A DNA stretch of 64,000 nucleotides from Alphaproteobacteria bacterium (GTDB lineage: Bacteria > Pseudomonadota > Alphaproteobacteria > Rs-D84), in the NCBI GenBank assembly GCA_017962125.1, contig JAGCVZ010000002.1:4492-68491 (forward strand). Reading direction: 5' to 3'. A model generated the notes under the pieces. The model was not told where the DNA came from. It worked only from the letters and a program-made list of their open reading frames with translations, and ran no database searches. Position 1 is the first letter of the stretch. Each line of letters opens with the position of its first letter. Of the stretch, positions 1 to 9,600 are shown one piece after another. The translations under genes and the position numbers were made by a program.

Positions 1-895
1 TGGTTTTCGTTTGCCTTCTTGTATTGATAATCGACCACTTACTTTTGACGAGTGGAATTCAATGCGACCCCAGACGATTTTTGTTTCTGCAACCCCAGCG
101 GAATGGGAAATGAAAGAGGCGGGTGGAATTGTAGCGGAGCAGGTGATTCGTCCAACGGGCTTGTTGGACCCTGAATGTATTGTGCGACCAATAAAAAATC
201 AAGTTGACGATTTGATGGCGGAAGTAAAATCGGTCAAAGGGCGTGTGTTGGTCACAACATTGACGAAGAAAATGGCGGAACAACTTACAGATTATTTTGT
301 AGAAAATGGTTTTCGGGCGCGTTATCTGCACAGTGATATTGAAACTTTGGAACGTATAGAGTTATTGCGTGATTTGCGTATGGGAAAATTTGATGTCTTG
401 GTTGGAATAAATTTATTGCGCGAAGGTTTGGATGTGCCGGAATGTGAAATGGTTGCGATTATGGATGCTGATAAAGAAGGTTTTTTGCGGTCTGCGCGTT
501 CACTTGTTCAAACAATAGGTCGGGCGGCAAGAAATGCGAATGGGCGCGTGATATTATATGCTGATATTGTAACTGAGTCTATGCGTGTGGCGTTGGATGA
601 AACAAATCGTCGGCGTGAAAAACAAAAAGCATATAATATTGAACATGGAATTATACCAAAAACCGTATCCAAAGGCGTCTTTGACGAGATAACAGATGCG
701 CAAGAAAAGACAGATAAAAAACGTAAGTTTATTTATACAAAAGATGGTGTTTTTGATGCAGAAACTTTACAAAAAGAGATAAAGAGTTTGAATAAAAAAA
801 TGCGCAATGCGGCGGAAAATCTTGATTTCGAAACCGCAGCAGAAATTCGTGATGCAATACGAAAAATGGAAGATGACTTATTATTTTTGGAGTAG
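1..895 (+). CDS. uvrB: Excinuclease ABC subunit B (5'-truncated by window)
   Basis: Motifs [41 protein letters not shown]; C-terminal UVR domain ([15 protein letters not shown]). Confidence 0.98.
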   Translation, partial: GFRLPSCIDNRPLTFDEWNSMRPQTIFVSATPAEWEMKEAGGIVAEQVIRPTGLLDPECIVRPIKNQVDDLMAEVKSVKGRVLVTTLTKKMAEQLTDYFVENGFRARYLHSDIETLERIELLRDLRMGKFDVLVGINLLREGLDVPECEMVAIMDADKEGFLRSARSLVQTIGRAARNANGRVILYADIVTESMRVALDETNRRREKQKAYNIEHGIIPKTVSKGVFDEITDAQEKTDKKRKFIYTKDGVFDAETLQKEIKSLNKKMRNAAENLDFETAAEIRDAIRKMEDDLLFLE

Positions 896-898
896 CCG

Positions 899-1312
899 AT
901 GAAAACATATATAACAAAAGATATAAATGAAACGCGTAATTGGGCATGTAATTTTGCAAAGAACTTGCATGCCCCAGTAACGATAGCGTTACATGGTGAT
1001 TTGGGTGTTGGAAAGTCAGAGATTGCAAGAACAATAATTCAAACGCTTTGTGGCCCAGATACTGTTGTCCCAAGCCCAACTTTTACAATTGTACAATCGT
1101 ATGACAAAGGAAAAGATAAAATATCACACTTTGATTTGTATCGTGTGTCGGATGTTTCGGAATTGGTTGAAATTGGGCTTTTGTATGCAGTGCAAAATGA
1201 TATCACTTTGATAGAATGGCCCGATATAGCAAAAGATTTTTTACCAAAAGATACTGTTCATGTATATATAACAGAATTTCAAGACGGTCGTAAAATAGAG
1301 ATTGCAGATTAG
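899..1312 (+). CDS. tsaE: tRNA threonylcarbamoyladenosine biosynthesis ATPase
   Basis: GDLGVGKS P-loop, SPTFTIV, HFDLYR, IEWP. Confidence 0.95.
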   Translation: MKTYITKDINETRNWACNFAKNLHAPVTIALHGDLGVGKSEIARTIIQTLCGPDTVVPSPTFTIVQSYDKGKDKISHFDLYRVSDVSELVEIGLLYAVQNDITLIEWPDIAKDFLPKDTVHVYITEFQDGRKIEIAD

Positions 1313-3096
1313 ATACTCTTGATAGATGGTAATAAAGACATTACCGCAAGAGGAAAGTCCGGCGCATGCTCAAGATATGAACCGCTTACCAATAAATCTG
1401 CGCCCGCGGCCCAACACAAGCGTGCGGTTTCTGGGTTTATGCCACCATCAACAGAGATGGTAAATTTAAGACCATATTTTTTTCGTGTTCCTGCAAGTAT
1501 GGAAATTTTATTTAGTACATTTGTATTAAATTTTTGCCCGGCGGCACCAGGAGAAACGCCCATTACCATGATTTCATCAATGTCTCGCAAAATTGTTTTT
1601 AGTAAAGATACCGAAGATTCTGGATTTAATGCGATACCTACGCGTTTTCCTGCGTTACGAACAATCTGAATCGCCCGGCGCAAACCGACAGTGTTTGTAG
1701 AAAGTATGACTGTATCTGCACCTGCATTTATCGCATCAGTTGCCCAGGCGGATGGTGCATCTGTCATTAGATGAACATGCAGATGACCAGGCCAATTTGA
1801 ACGAATTTTTCGTAATTCATCAATTCCCCCGGTGATTTTATCAACATAAAGCCCATCCATAATATCGACATGAATTATTGATATTCCACCGGCACGAAAC
1901 AAGGTATATGTTTCGGGGCATGTCATGTCAAAGCAAAGGGTGCTTGGCATAATCGGAATAAAGGTCCCGCTTTTTTTCTTTGATTTTGTGCGGTAAAAAA
2001 CACCAAAAATTTTATTTATGATTCTTTTCCATCTGTTGAGACGAGATATATATGCCTTGCGATAGGGTTTGGCGCAATCCCAGATATATTTTGCAAGTGC
2101 ACGAACTGTTGTATCCGGGTCAGTTTGTACAACCGGGATTTCAAATGTCTGTGATAACAATTTAATGATACCGTTCAACCTTGCACCACCACCAGTTATA
2201 ATGATTTCAGTTGGATGATATTTTTCAATGTATTTTGTAGAACTGTCTTTTATATTTTCTATGATGTTATAAAAGAAAGGGGCGACCATTTCATTTACAT
2301 CGGCACAAGAAAAAGCATATGCGCTGTCTGCGGGACTAAATCGAGCCATTTCGTTGGAATAAAGATTTGCAACATTTCTTTTAATTCTTTCTGCTTCTGA
2401 GAAAGATATGTCAAGTTTCGTTGAAATTTCTTCGGTCAAATCGTTTCCGCCAACAAAGTGTCCATCGTACCATATTAGGCCGCGGTCAGTCCAAATTGAT
2501 ACAGTGGTGTGTTCGGCACCAAAATCGATAAACATAACGTTTTTTTTCTGTTCGCGTAATACATTAAATTCAAGAAAATGTGGTGCATAAAAAGCCGATG
2601 GCTGTATATGTGATTGTCGCAAAAGACTTTGTATTTTTTGTATGCGTTCTTTTTCAAAAAAAAGTGCAGATATTGTTGAAACAAGGCGCGTGTCACTTAG
2701 ACCAATCGGGGTCAATAAATTTTTTGTTTTATCTGTATCGTAGCGTAGCGGTATAATATGCATAGGGTAAAAATCATCAGGAGCATCAATTTGTGCAATT
2801 TGTGCCTTGATATCAGATGGGGTTATTTTGTGTTCGCTTGTCCAATTACTTTCTTTTACCGATATATTAAAGAACACAGAACCAAAATTTCCTGTAATAT
2901 ACGCCGTATCAAAATGTGTCCCCATTTGTTGTTCAAGTTCATCAGCAACGGATTTTAATGCGAATACTGTATCAAAATCATCAACCGAATAATACGCGGA
3001 CTTATCAATCGTAGCATTTCGTATCCTGTGCGCAACACCGCGAACCCCGCATGTTCCGATGTCGATACATAAAAAGCAAGAATCAATCATTCGCAT
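1309..3096 (-). CDS. FtsA-like actin-fold cell-division protein fused to ribulose-phosphate 3-epimerase (Rpe)
   Basis: N-terminal DIGT, IDFGAEHT, GGNDLT, AERIK, TGGGA (FtsA), located downstream of ftsQ; C-terminal IHVDIMDG, HLHVHLM, ALNPES, PGAAGQKF, VDGGIN, GADLLVSGS (Rpe); one uninterrupted ORF. Confidence 0.88.
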   Translation of the reverse strand: MRMIDSCFLCIDIGTCGVRGVAHRIRNATIDKSAYYSVDDFDTVFALKSVADELEQQMGTHFDTAYITGNFGSVFFNISVKESNWTSEHKITPSDIKAQIAQIDAPDDFYPMHIIPLRYDTDKTKNLLTPIGLSDTRLVSTISALFFEKERIQKIQSLLRQSHIQPSAFYAPHFLEFNVLREQKKNVMFIDFGAEHTTVSIWTDRGLIWYDGHFVGGNDLTEEISTKLDISFSEAERIKRNVANLYSNEMARFSPADSAYAFSCADVNEMVAPFFYNIIENIKDSSTKYIEKYHPTEIIITGGGARLNGIIKLLSQTFEIPVVQTDPDTTVRALAKYIWDCAKPYRKAYISRLNRWKRIINKIFGVFYRTKSKKKSGTFIPIMPSTLCFDMTCPETYTLFRAGGISIIHVDIMDGLYVDKITGGIDELRKIRSNWPGHLHVHLMTDAPSAWATDAINAGADTVILSTNTVGLRRAIQIVRNAGKRVGIALNPESSVSLLKTILRDIDEIMVMGVSPGAAGQKFNTNVLNKISILAGTRKKYGLKFTISVDGGINPETARLCWAAGADLLVSGSYLEHAPDFPLAVMSLLPSIKSI

Positions 3097-3097
3097 T

Positions 3098-3778
3098 TTA
3101 TTTCACCAAAATTCTTGTGTCATCGCGCATGTCTATTACTTTCAAATCTTTTGATAAAATATTGTATTTTTTGTCCAAGACAACGATATTTCCGATTGCG
3201 GCATCTGGGCCTTTTTCAGGGAGCATAATAATTTTTCCATCAAGGGTTACCAAATTCCATCGCCGGTCATCAATCCATTCTAAATAATCAAGTACATGTA
3301 TAAGATTGTTCGCGGCTTTGGTAATTTCGCTGATGTTATTTGGGACATTACCGCGAAACATAACAATTCCTTCACCACGTACCTCGGATGGTTTCTTTAC
3401 AATCGTTCCATCGGCAGATATTGGATAATAATACATGCCGTCCGTCCATCCAGCAACCGCATGATAAAGATTCACACGAATATCTAGGTTGCCGTTTGCT
3501 AATCTGCGAACCGAGGATTGTTTGACCCCCGGGGTTTGAGAAATGCGCGCGTTTACAAGTTCTAGGTTCATAGCATGACTGTGTGTTCCGGGTGCAATCC
3601 CGGCCGCAGCAACAATTGTAGTAAGGTCTTTATCGGTTGTGTCGGCTGATATAGATATATGGCGAATCATTGATGTTGGACCGTATCCCATAAATGCCAT
3701 AACAATACGTGCCGCAAAATATATTGCAAGTAAAACAGCCGCAATAAAATACAACCAAAACCAGAGATTTCGTTTCAT
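3098..3778 (-). CDS. ftsQ: Cell division protein FtsQ/DivIB
   Basis: N-terminal TM helix, POTRA-like VKQSSVRR, RRWNLVT, C-terminal IDMRDDTRILVK; adjacent to ftsA. Confidence 0.88.
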   Translation of the reverse strand: MKRNLWFWLYFIAAVLLAIYFAARIVMAFMGYGPTSMIRHISISADTTDKDLTTIVAAAGIAPGTHSHAMNLELVNARISQTPGVKQSSVRRLANGNLDIRVNLYHAVAGWTDGMYYYPISADGTIVKKPSEVRGEGIVMFRGNVPNNISEITKAANNLIHVLDYLEWIDDRRWNLVTLDGKIIMLPEKGPDAAIGNIVVLDKKYNILSKDLKVIDMRDDTRILVK

Positions 3779-3873
3779 GTCGAAAATTATATCATATTTT
3801 GGTGGTCAGTGTTAGTGATTAGTGCAAATAATAGATTTTTATGAAATTTTTAACCGATATTTATATTAAACCC

Positions 3874-4254
3874 TTAGGTCGCACGTAACAAATAACCACG
3901 TTTAAACATACACTTGCGGTATGAGCCCACAGATCGAGAAGTTGTGTTCCTTGGGACAGATAGCAACGCGCGTTGTCCGACATCCTTGTATTCATTGGAT
4001 TGAAATGTTACCCAAAGTCCATCCCAATCCGGCATACGAACCGTTTGGTTGGGTGAAAGTAATTTGGCAAGACGTGATCGCGGCAAATATGATGGCGCAT
4101 TTATGCCGAGACAAGATTTGTGGTCACGGACAAACTGTTCCATGGTAACCGATTCATTTTCCCAATTTAAAATAGTGGCATCGTCTATGCTGCCCCTGTT
4201 TGGGGATGCACAGGCGCATAAACCTAGTAATAAAATTATTTTTAACATTCTCAT
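3874..4254 (-). CDS. Hypothetical lipoprotein
   Basis: Lipobox-like LGLCAC after a short hydrophobic leader; C-terminal CMFKRGY. Confidence 0.6.
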   Translation of the reverse strand: MRMLKIILLLGLCACASPNRGSIDDATILNWENESVTMEQFVRDHKSCLGINAPSYLPRSRLAKLLSPNQTVRMPDWDGLWVTFQSNEYKDVGQRALLSVPRNTTSRSVGSYRKCMFKRGYLLRAT

Positions 4255-4330
4255 AGTTCCTATTATAATTTAATTGCGTTTTTGTGGCAATAGTTTTTAT
4301 AATGTGTAAAAATATATTGGGAGAAAAGAG

Positions 4331-4654
4331 ATGGCAGTCACTGTTCAGAACTTTATAAAGTTGGCAAATTTTTACAATCAGATGGCAAAAACCATGTCGG
4401 CGATTTGTGTGAACAAGGGTGGAATACCAATGGAAAAATATGTTGGACGGTTTTTTGCTGCGGATGTATTAGAATTTGTTGTTGAATATGGGGAACGTTT
4501 GTTAAAATCATCAAAGGCCGATAAATCTGAGGTTGCTTCGGTTATAGAAATGTTTAAAAAACAGTTGGCTATGGTGCACGAATGGGTTACACCGTCTCAG
4601 AAACCAATATACGAAATGTCTTTGGAAGAATTTGAACGTGCGATGAATATATAA
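4331..4654 (+). CDS. Hypothetical protein
   Basis: GGAG RBS upstream; 107-aa ORF filling the intergenic gap. Confidence 0.6.
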   Translation: MAVTVQNFIKLANFYNQMAKTMSAICVNKGGIPMEKYVGRFFAADVLEFVVEYGERLLKSSKADKSEVASVIEMFKKQLAMVHEWVTPSQKPIYEMSLEEFERAMNI

Positions 4655-4669
4655 TATAGAGGAACTGAT

Positions 4670-6007
4670 ATGATAAACTTTTTGAAAAATTTTGTTTTGG
4701 TGTTGTTTGTCTGTATAATGATTGCAGGATGTATGGAGGCTAATAATCCATATAATACAGAAGGAATTGAATATAACACAATACAAGTTGTTGATAATCT
4801 TGTTATAGATGACAATTCTGTGCCGATTTTTCCAAAGAAAGCTGCTTTGACAACGGATACTGCACGTCGTTTTTCGATTGAATTGCCAAGACGTTGTACG
4901 GTGGATTGGGATTCTCAATCTGTGATATCTGTGGTCCCAGAAGAGAAAATAGAAATTGTAAGATTAAATGTTGGTGACCCGTTACCAGATTTAACTGTTT
5001 CGGATTACGATTTTCGAAAGCAAACTATAAAAGATGCGTTGGATAAATTACTTTCTGGAACGGATATTGCGGTCATAGAACAAGAAAAGATGTACGAAAG
5101 AATATCTGGGTCTATTGTGGGTGGAAATCTTGCGGATGCGGTGGATTTGATGGTTCATCTTGGGCGTGCATATTATTCGTATGATGCAAAACTTGGGGAA
5201 TTAAAATTGTTTAATCGTGGCAAGTGGTTGATTAAAATGCCAAGAAACGATGATATTGTTATGGCTATTTTGGATGCGATGCATGGCGCAGATGTACGAA
5301 ATGTAATCGTTGATTGGGCTGATAATACTTTGGTGTTTGAAGGTAATTATCAAACAGAGCGTGAAGTCGCAAGAATAATTTCTGATATAGCATCAAAAAA
5401 GTATGTAATGGCGTGGGATATGGATGTTTATCGTGTTTATCCGCGAACCGATAATCCAATTGTGTGGATGAATATGTTGCCCGCATTTGGTGAAAAAAAT
5501 ATAAAAATGTCTGTGCCTGGGGTTGTTGGTCGGGCTCTGGTCGTTGGACCAGAGGTAAATACAAAGACATTACAAGAGTTTTTGGCTCAACAGGCAAATG
5601 TTGTTTTGATATCTCAGGGACATTTTGTTGTGCCTGATGGTTGGCAATCTCGTTTTGATATCGGGCAATGTGGTAAAGAAGAAAGAATAGAAACAGACCT
5701 GATAGTGGGGGCAACTGCAGAGTATGTTGATTTTGCTGGCAAGGACAAGATAGATGCGAAAATTGTATTGCGCACCAGTAATGGGGAACTTTCGTCATTT
5801 TCTATTCCGTCCAGTGTCGGTGATAATTATGTCATAATTGGTATTCCGACACATTCTTTTGTGACAACCCCAGAAACATTGATAAGTCCTTTTGCAGAAC
5901 TTGTTGTGTTTATGTCGCCAAGAATAGTTTCTATTGTGAATCCCAGTGATATATCGGACAAAGCGCCATTGGTTGGTGATGAGTTACGAGAATGGTTAAA
6001 GAAATAA
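4670..6007 (+). CDS. Lipoprotein, possible PilN/BfpB-like (type IVB pilus) secretin
   Basis: Lipobox IAGC; STN-like segment (DFRKQTIKDALDKLLSGT), N-domain-like segment, beta-rich C-terminus ending ELVVFMSPRIV. Confidence 0.45.
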   Translation: MINFLKNFVLVLFVCIMIAGCMEANNPYNTEGIEYNTIQVVDNLVIDDNSVPIFPKKAALTTDTARRFSIELPRRCTVDWDSQSVISVVPEEKIEIVRLNVGDPLPDLTVSDYDFRKQTIKDALDKLLSGTDIAVIEQEKMYERISGSIVGGNLADAVDLMVHLGRAYYSYDAKLGELKLFNRGKWLIKMPRNDDIVMAILDAMHGADVRNVIVDWADNTLVFEGNYQTEREVARIISDIASKKYVMAWDMDVYRVYPRTDNPIVWMNMLPAFGEKNIKMSVPGVVGRALVVGPEVNTKTLQEFLAQQANVVLISQGHFVVPDGWQSRFDIGQCGKEERIETDLIVGATAEYVDFAGKDKIDAKIVLRTSNGELSSFSIPSSVGDNYVIIGIPTHSFVTTPETLISPFAELVVFMSPRIVSIVNPSDISDKAPLVGDELREWLKK

Positions 6008-6022
6008 GAATAGGGCAAACCG

Positions 6023-7276
6023 ATGTTTACAAAACTTGAAAGAAAAATTGCTTTTAGATACTTGGCGGCAAAGCGACGCGGGTTCGGTTCTGTGGTGTCG
6101 TGGGTGTCGCTGATAGGAATTATGTTGGGTGTTGCGACACTTATTGTCGTGATGTCTGTTATGGGCGGTTTTCACGATACGCTACTTGCACGAATTGTTG
6201 GTATGAACGGGCATGTTGTTGTTTATCACCAGGACGGCGCAATTGCAGATTATGATTTTTTGTCTGAAAAAATGATGGAAAACAAAAGTGTCGCGCGTTC
6301 GGTTTCTGCGATAGTTCCTATTGCCGAAGGTCAGGTTATGGTTACTGTAAACGGTAAGAATTCTGGCGCGATGGTTCGTGGAATTCGTATGTCTGACTTG
6401 ATAACCAAAACGAATAGCGGTGTACGCATGTATGGTCGAAATTTATCCGATATCCAAGATGGGGAATTGATAATTGGTTCAACTCTTTCTCGCAATCTTG
6501 GGGTGCATATGGGTGAAAATGTTTCGCTGGTGTCCGCTGATAATGCGACGCCTACGCCGTTTGGGACTATGCCACGGATTATGTCTTATCCGGTGATGAC
6601 ATCTTTCTTTATGGGAATGTATGAATATGATTCTGGATATATATTTATGCCATTAGTTACGGCACAAAAATATTTAAATCTTGGGGATGCGGTCACACAT
6701 ATTGATTTGTTTTTGAAAAATCCGAATGATACAGATGCGGTGCGCGACGCATTGATTGATGTTTTGCCCGATGGATATATTGTGCGCGATTGGCGTGATT
6801 TAAATCGTGGATTTGTCGGGGCGCTCCAGGTTGAATCTAATGTTATGTTTTTGATTCTGATGTTGATAGTTATTGTTGCTGCGTTTAATATAGTGTCGTC
6901 GCTTGTTATGTTAGTAAAAGATAAATCCAAAGATATCGCTGTGTTGCGGACTTTCGGCGTTTCACGACGTTCAATGATGCGTATATTTATATTGTCTGGG
7001 ACCAGTATTGGTGTTATTGGGGCGGTGTTTGGAACTATACTTGGTGTTGTGGTTGCAATTTATATTGAACCGATACGGCGGTTCTTTCAATGGGTAACGG
7101 GGCGTGATTTGTTCCCAGCGGAGTTGTATTATTTGTCAGAATTACCGTCACGTGTAGAATTTGCGAGTGTGCTTGGGATTGCATTGATTGCGATTGCGCT
7201 GGCATTCTTGGCAACAATTTATCCAGCATGGAAGGCGGCAAATACAGACCCAGTAGAGGTTTTGCGAAATGAATAG
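6023..7276 (+). CDS. Lipoprotein-releasing ABC transporter permease LolC/E
   Basis: IAFRYL, VMSVMGGF, AAFNIVSSLVMLVKDK, YPAWKAA..DPVEVLRNE. Confidence 0.95.
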   Translation: MFTKLERKIAFRYLAAKRRGFGSVVSWVSLIGIMLGVATLIVVMSVMGGFHDTLLARIVGMNGHVVVYHQDGAIADYDFLSEKMMENKSVARSVSAIVPIAEGQVMVTVNGKNSGAMVRGIRMSDLITKTNSGVRMYGRNLSDIQDGELIIGSTLSRNLGVHMGENVSLVSADNATPTPFGTMPRIMSYPVMTSFFMGMYEYDSGYIFMPLVTAQKYLNLGDAVTHIDLFLKNPNDTDAVRDALIDVLPDGYIVRDWRDLNRGFVGALQVESNVMFLILMLIVIVAAFNIVSSLVMLVKDKSKDIAVLRTFGVSRRSMMRIFILSGTSIGVIGAVFGTILGVVVAIYIEPIRRFFQWVTGRDLFPAELYYLSELPSRVEFASVLGIALIAIALAFLATIYPAWKAANTDPVEVLRNE

Positions 7277-7323
7277 AGTTATGATAAATACAAATTTACG
7301 CAATGACACAAGAGGAATGTAAT

Positions 7324-8034
7324 ATGGCATCTATATTAAATTCTTTATCAAAAGTAAAAAAGGGCGCGGTTGTCCTTTCTGTGCGTGATATAAAAAAGAC
7401 CTTTATCGAAGGTGGACAGCCTTTGCATATTTTGACCGGCGGTGGTTTTGATTTGCATCGTGGTGAAATAGTCGCGCTTGTTGGACCATCGGGTAGCGGA
7501 AAATCTACATTGTTACAATGTGTAGGGTTACTTGATAAACCATCGGGGGGCAGTATTATTGTATCGGGCACCCCAGTGCATAAAATGAATGATGATACGC
7601 GGACGATGATTCGTCGTCGGAAACTTGGTTTTGTGTACCAGCGGCATAATTTGTTGTCTGATTTTACCGCACTTGAAAATGTTATGTTGCCGATGTTGGC
7701 GGCTGGGGTGGAATCAGATGTAGCAGAACGTCGTGCGATGGATTTGTTGAAATCTGCGAACGTTGCACATCGTGCATCACATTTACCAGGACAAATGTCG
7801 GGTGGAGAACAGCAGAGGGTGGCTGTTGCACGTGCATTGGCCAATAATCCAGATATATTACTTGCCGATGAACCAACAGGCAGTTTGGATCCAAATCATG
7901 CAATTTCTGTTTTTGAATTGTTATTGGATTTAGTGCGAAAAAATAAAATGGCGATGTTATTCGTTACGCATGATATGTCACTTGCTAATCGTGCAGATCG
8001 GCGTATAACTATTAAAAACGGAACAGTTAAATAA
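7324..8034 (+). CDS. lolD: Lipoprotein-releasing ABC transporter ATPase
   Basis: GPSGSGKST, MSGGEQQRVA, LADEPTG; follows lolC/E. Confidence 0.93.
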   Translation: MASILNSLSKVKKGAVVLSVRDIKKTFIEGGQPLHILTGGGFDLHRGEIVALVGPSGSGKSTLLQCVGLLDKPSGGSIIVSGTPVHKMNDDTRTMIRRRKLGFVYQRHNLLSDFTALENVMLPMLAAGVESDVAERRAMDLLKSANVAHRASHLPGQMSGGEQQRVAVARALANNPDILLADEPTGSLDPNHAISVFELLLDLVRKNKMAMLFVTHDMSLANRADRRITIKNGTVK

Positions 8035-8062
8035 AGTAATAAATAAAAAAAGGAGAGAGAAA

Positions 8063-8875
8063 ATGAAAAATACAAATTGTGATAATTGCTATATTTGTTC
8101 GCGCAAACAAAAATTTTGGGCTTTGGTATTGCTTTTTGGTATATTCGGTTGTGGATTGATGACGGGGCTTTCACCGGTTGGGCACAAAATTGTCAATACG
8201 GCGGATTCTGGCGTAAAGACGGAATCCAAAGGTTTGGTAGGAACAGTTCAAGAAGTAATCAATCCGGAACCTTTGGAACCATGTCAAATAAATGAAAAAG
8301 TTTTAAAAGGACGGCTGGTTCAAGACATTGACGATAATGCAACGGAATGGGCGATTGATGCGCATCAAAAGAATTTTATGATTTATGAACGATTGGTGAA
8401 TATGGGTTGCCGTGAAAATCGTGGATATTTTTCTGATATGGCTGAAAACGAAATGGCGTATATAAAAGCGATAACTGGTATTGATAAAAAGAGTAATGAA
8501 GTGTCTGATGTTGAAAAGCCATGTCGAGAGATAGAAAATGCTTTGAATAGACGTGTAATCAGTGATTGCACAAATTATGGTGTTGTTTCTGAATGCCACC
8601 TTAATAATGCCGAGGTTTATTCGAAACTTGCAGAAGACGGGTGTGCAGAAAATGCCGAGCAGTATCGTAAGAATGCGTTGGATGAATTACAAATTGCCGA
8701 TGGAGTGCGTATAAACGCAAGTGATGTTAATCCGCGTGAAGTTCGTTCAACAATTAATACCTATAAAAAGTTACAGATGCAAAACGAGGCGCGGCGGTAT
8801 TTAAACAAAGTTGAAAGAATGTTGGACCCAGGTATAGATTTTATAATGGAATTGCAAAAGGTCATAGAAGAATAG
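8063..8875 (+). CDS. Hypothetical membrane-anchored protein with two internal Cys-containing repeats
   Basis: AGGAG RBS; one TM segment; repeated PC..E..L..R...H..N...Y..L...GC.EN motif. Confidence 0.7.
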   Translation: MKNTNCDNCYICSRKQKFWALVLLFGIFGCGLMTGLSPVGHKIVNTADSGVKTESKGLVGTVQEVINPEPLEPCQINEKVLKGRLVQDIDDNATEWAIDAHQKNFMIYERLVNMGCRENRGYFSDMAENEMAYIKAITGIDKKSNEVSDVEKPCREIENALNRRVISDCTNYGVVSECHLNNAEVYSKLAEDGCAENAEQYRKNALDELQIADGVRINASDVNPREVRSTINTYKKLQMQNEARRYLNKVERMLDPGIDFIMELQKVIEE

Positions 8876-8884
8876 GGGGGTAAA

Positions 8885-9532
8885 ATGGGTTTAAAAAAAA
8901 TTGCTTTGTTTGTTATTGGTGCTGTATTGGTTACAGCGCCATATGGATATGCCCAAGATGATGATTTTGAAGAAGATTTTATGTATGAAGAATATGAAGA
9001 AGATGATTATGATTATTTTGATGACGATATTGAAGATTTAGTAGAAGAAATTGATGAATCGGAAACATCTGTAAATCGTAAGGTTTCTGAACGGTTGTCT
9101 TGTGATGATATAGCAGTGCGTATTTCAGAGTTACGCGAAGATGTTAAGGCTTATCCGGAATTAAAGACAGATTTAGAAAGTATGCTAGCTCAACAACGTA
9201 ATAAATGCGCCCCACGTGCATCACACAGACCGGTTCACAATTATAGAAATGTAAATCCTGTGGTTGATGTAGAAGTACCAGAATCTGTGGCTTTGAATCA
9301 GGACACTGTTGAAGTGGTTTCAGAAAACGCGGTTGATGAAACAAAAAATATAGAAATAGAGATTCAAACAGAAATTATTGAAACACGTATTGACGGCGTG
9401 TGTGTAAATAATGCTAAACCCAATAAATACGGATGTTGCGAAGGCGAAGTGTTCAAACAAATGGAACATCTTGATTTTGCGTGTTGTCCGAAAGTTGGTG
9501 ATGGTGAATGTTATGCGCCGATAAAAAAATAG
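8885..9532 (+). CDS. Secreted hypothetical protein with acidic N-terminus and Cys-rich C-terminal domain
   Basis: Signal peptide, D/E-rich tract, GCC..E...CCP...C.API. Confidence 0.7.
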   Translation: MGLKKIALFVIGAVLVTAPYGYAQDDDFEEDFMYEEYEEDDYDYFDDDIEDLVEEIDESETSVNRKVSERLSCDDIAVRISELREDVKAYPELKTDLESMLAQQRNKCAPRASHRPVHNYRNVNPVVDVEVPESVALNQDTVEVVSENAVDETKNIEIEIQTEIIETRIDGVCVNNAKPNKYGCCEGEVFKQMEHLDFACCPKVGDGECYAPIKK

Positions 9533-9600
9533 TAATATACTGAAATAGTGTATTGTTTGATAATATTTCGGTTTTGTGGTAAAATCACTTCTGTAAAAAG

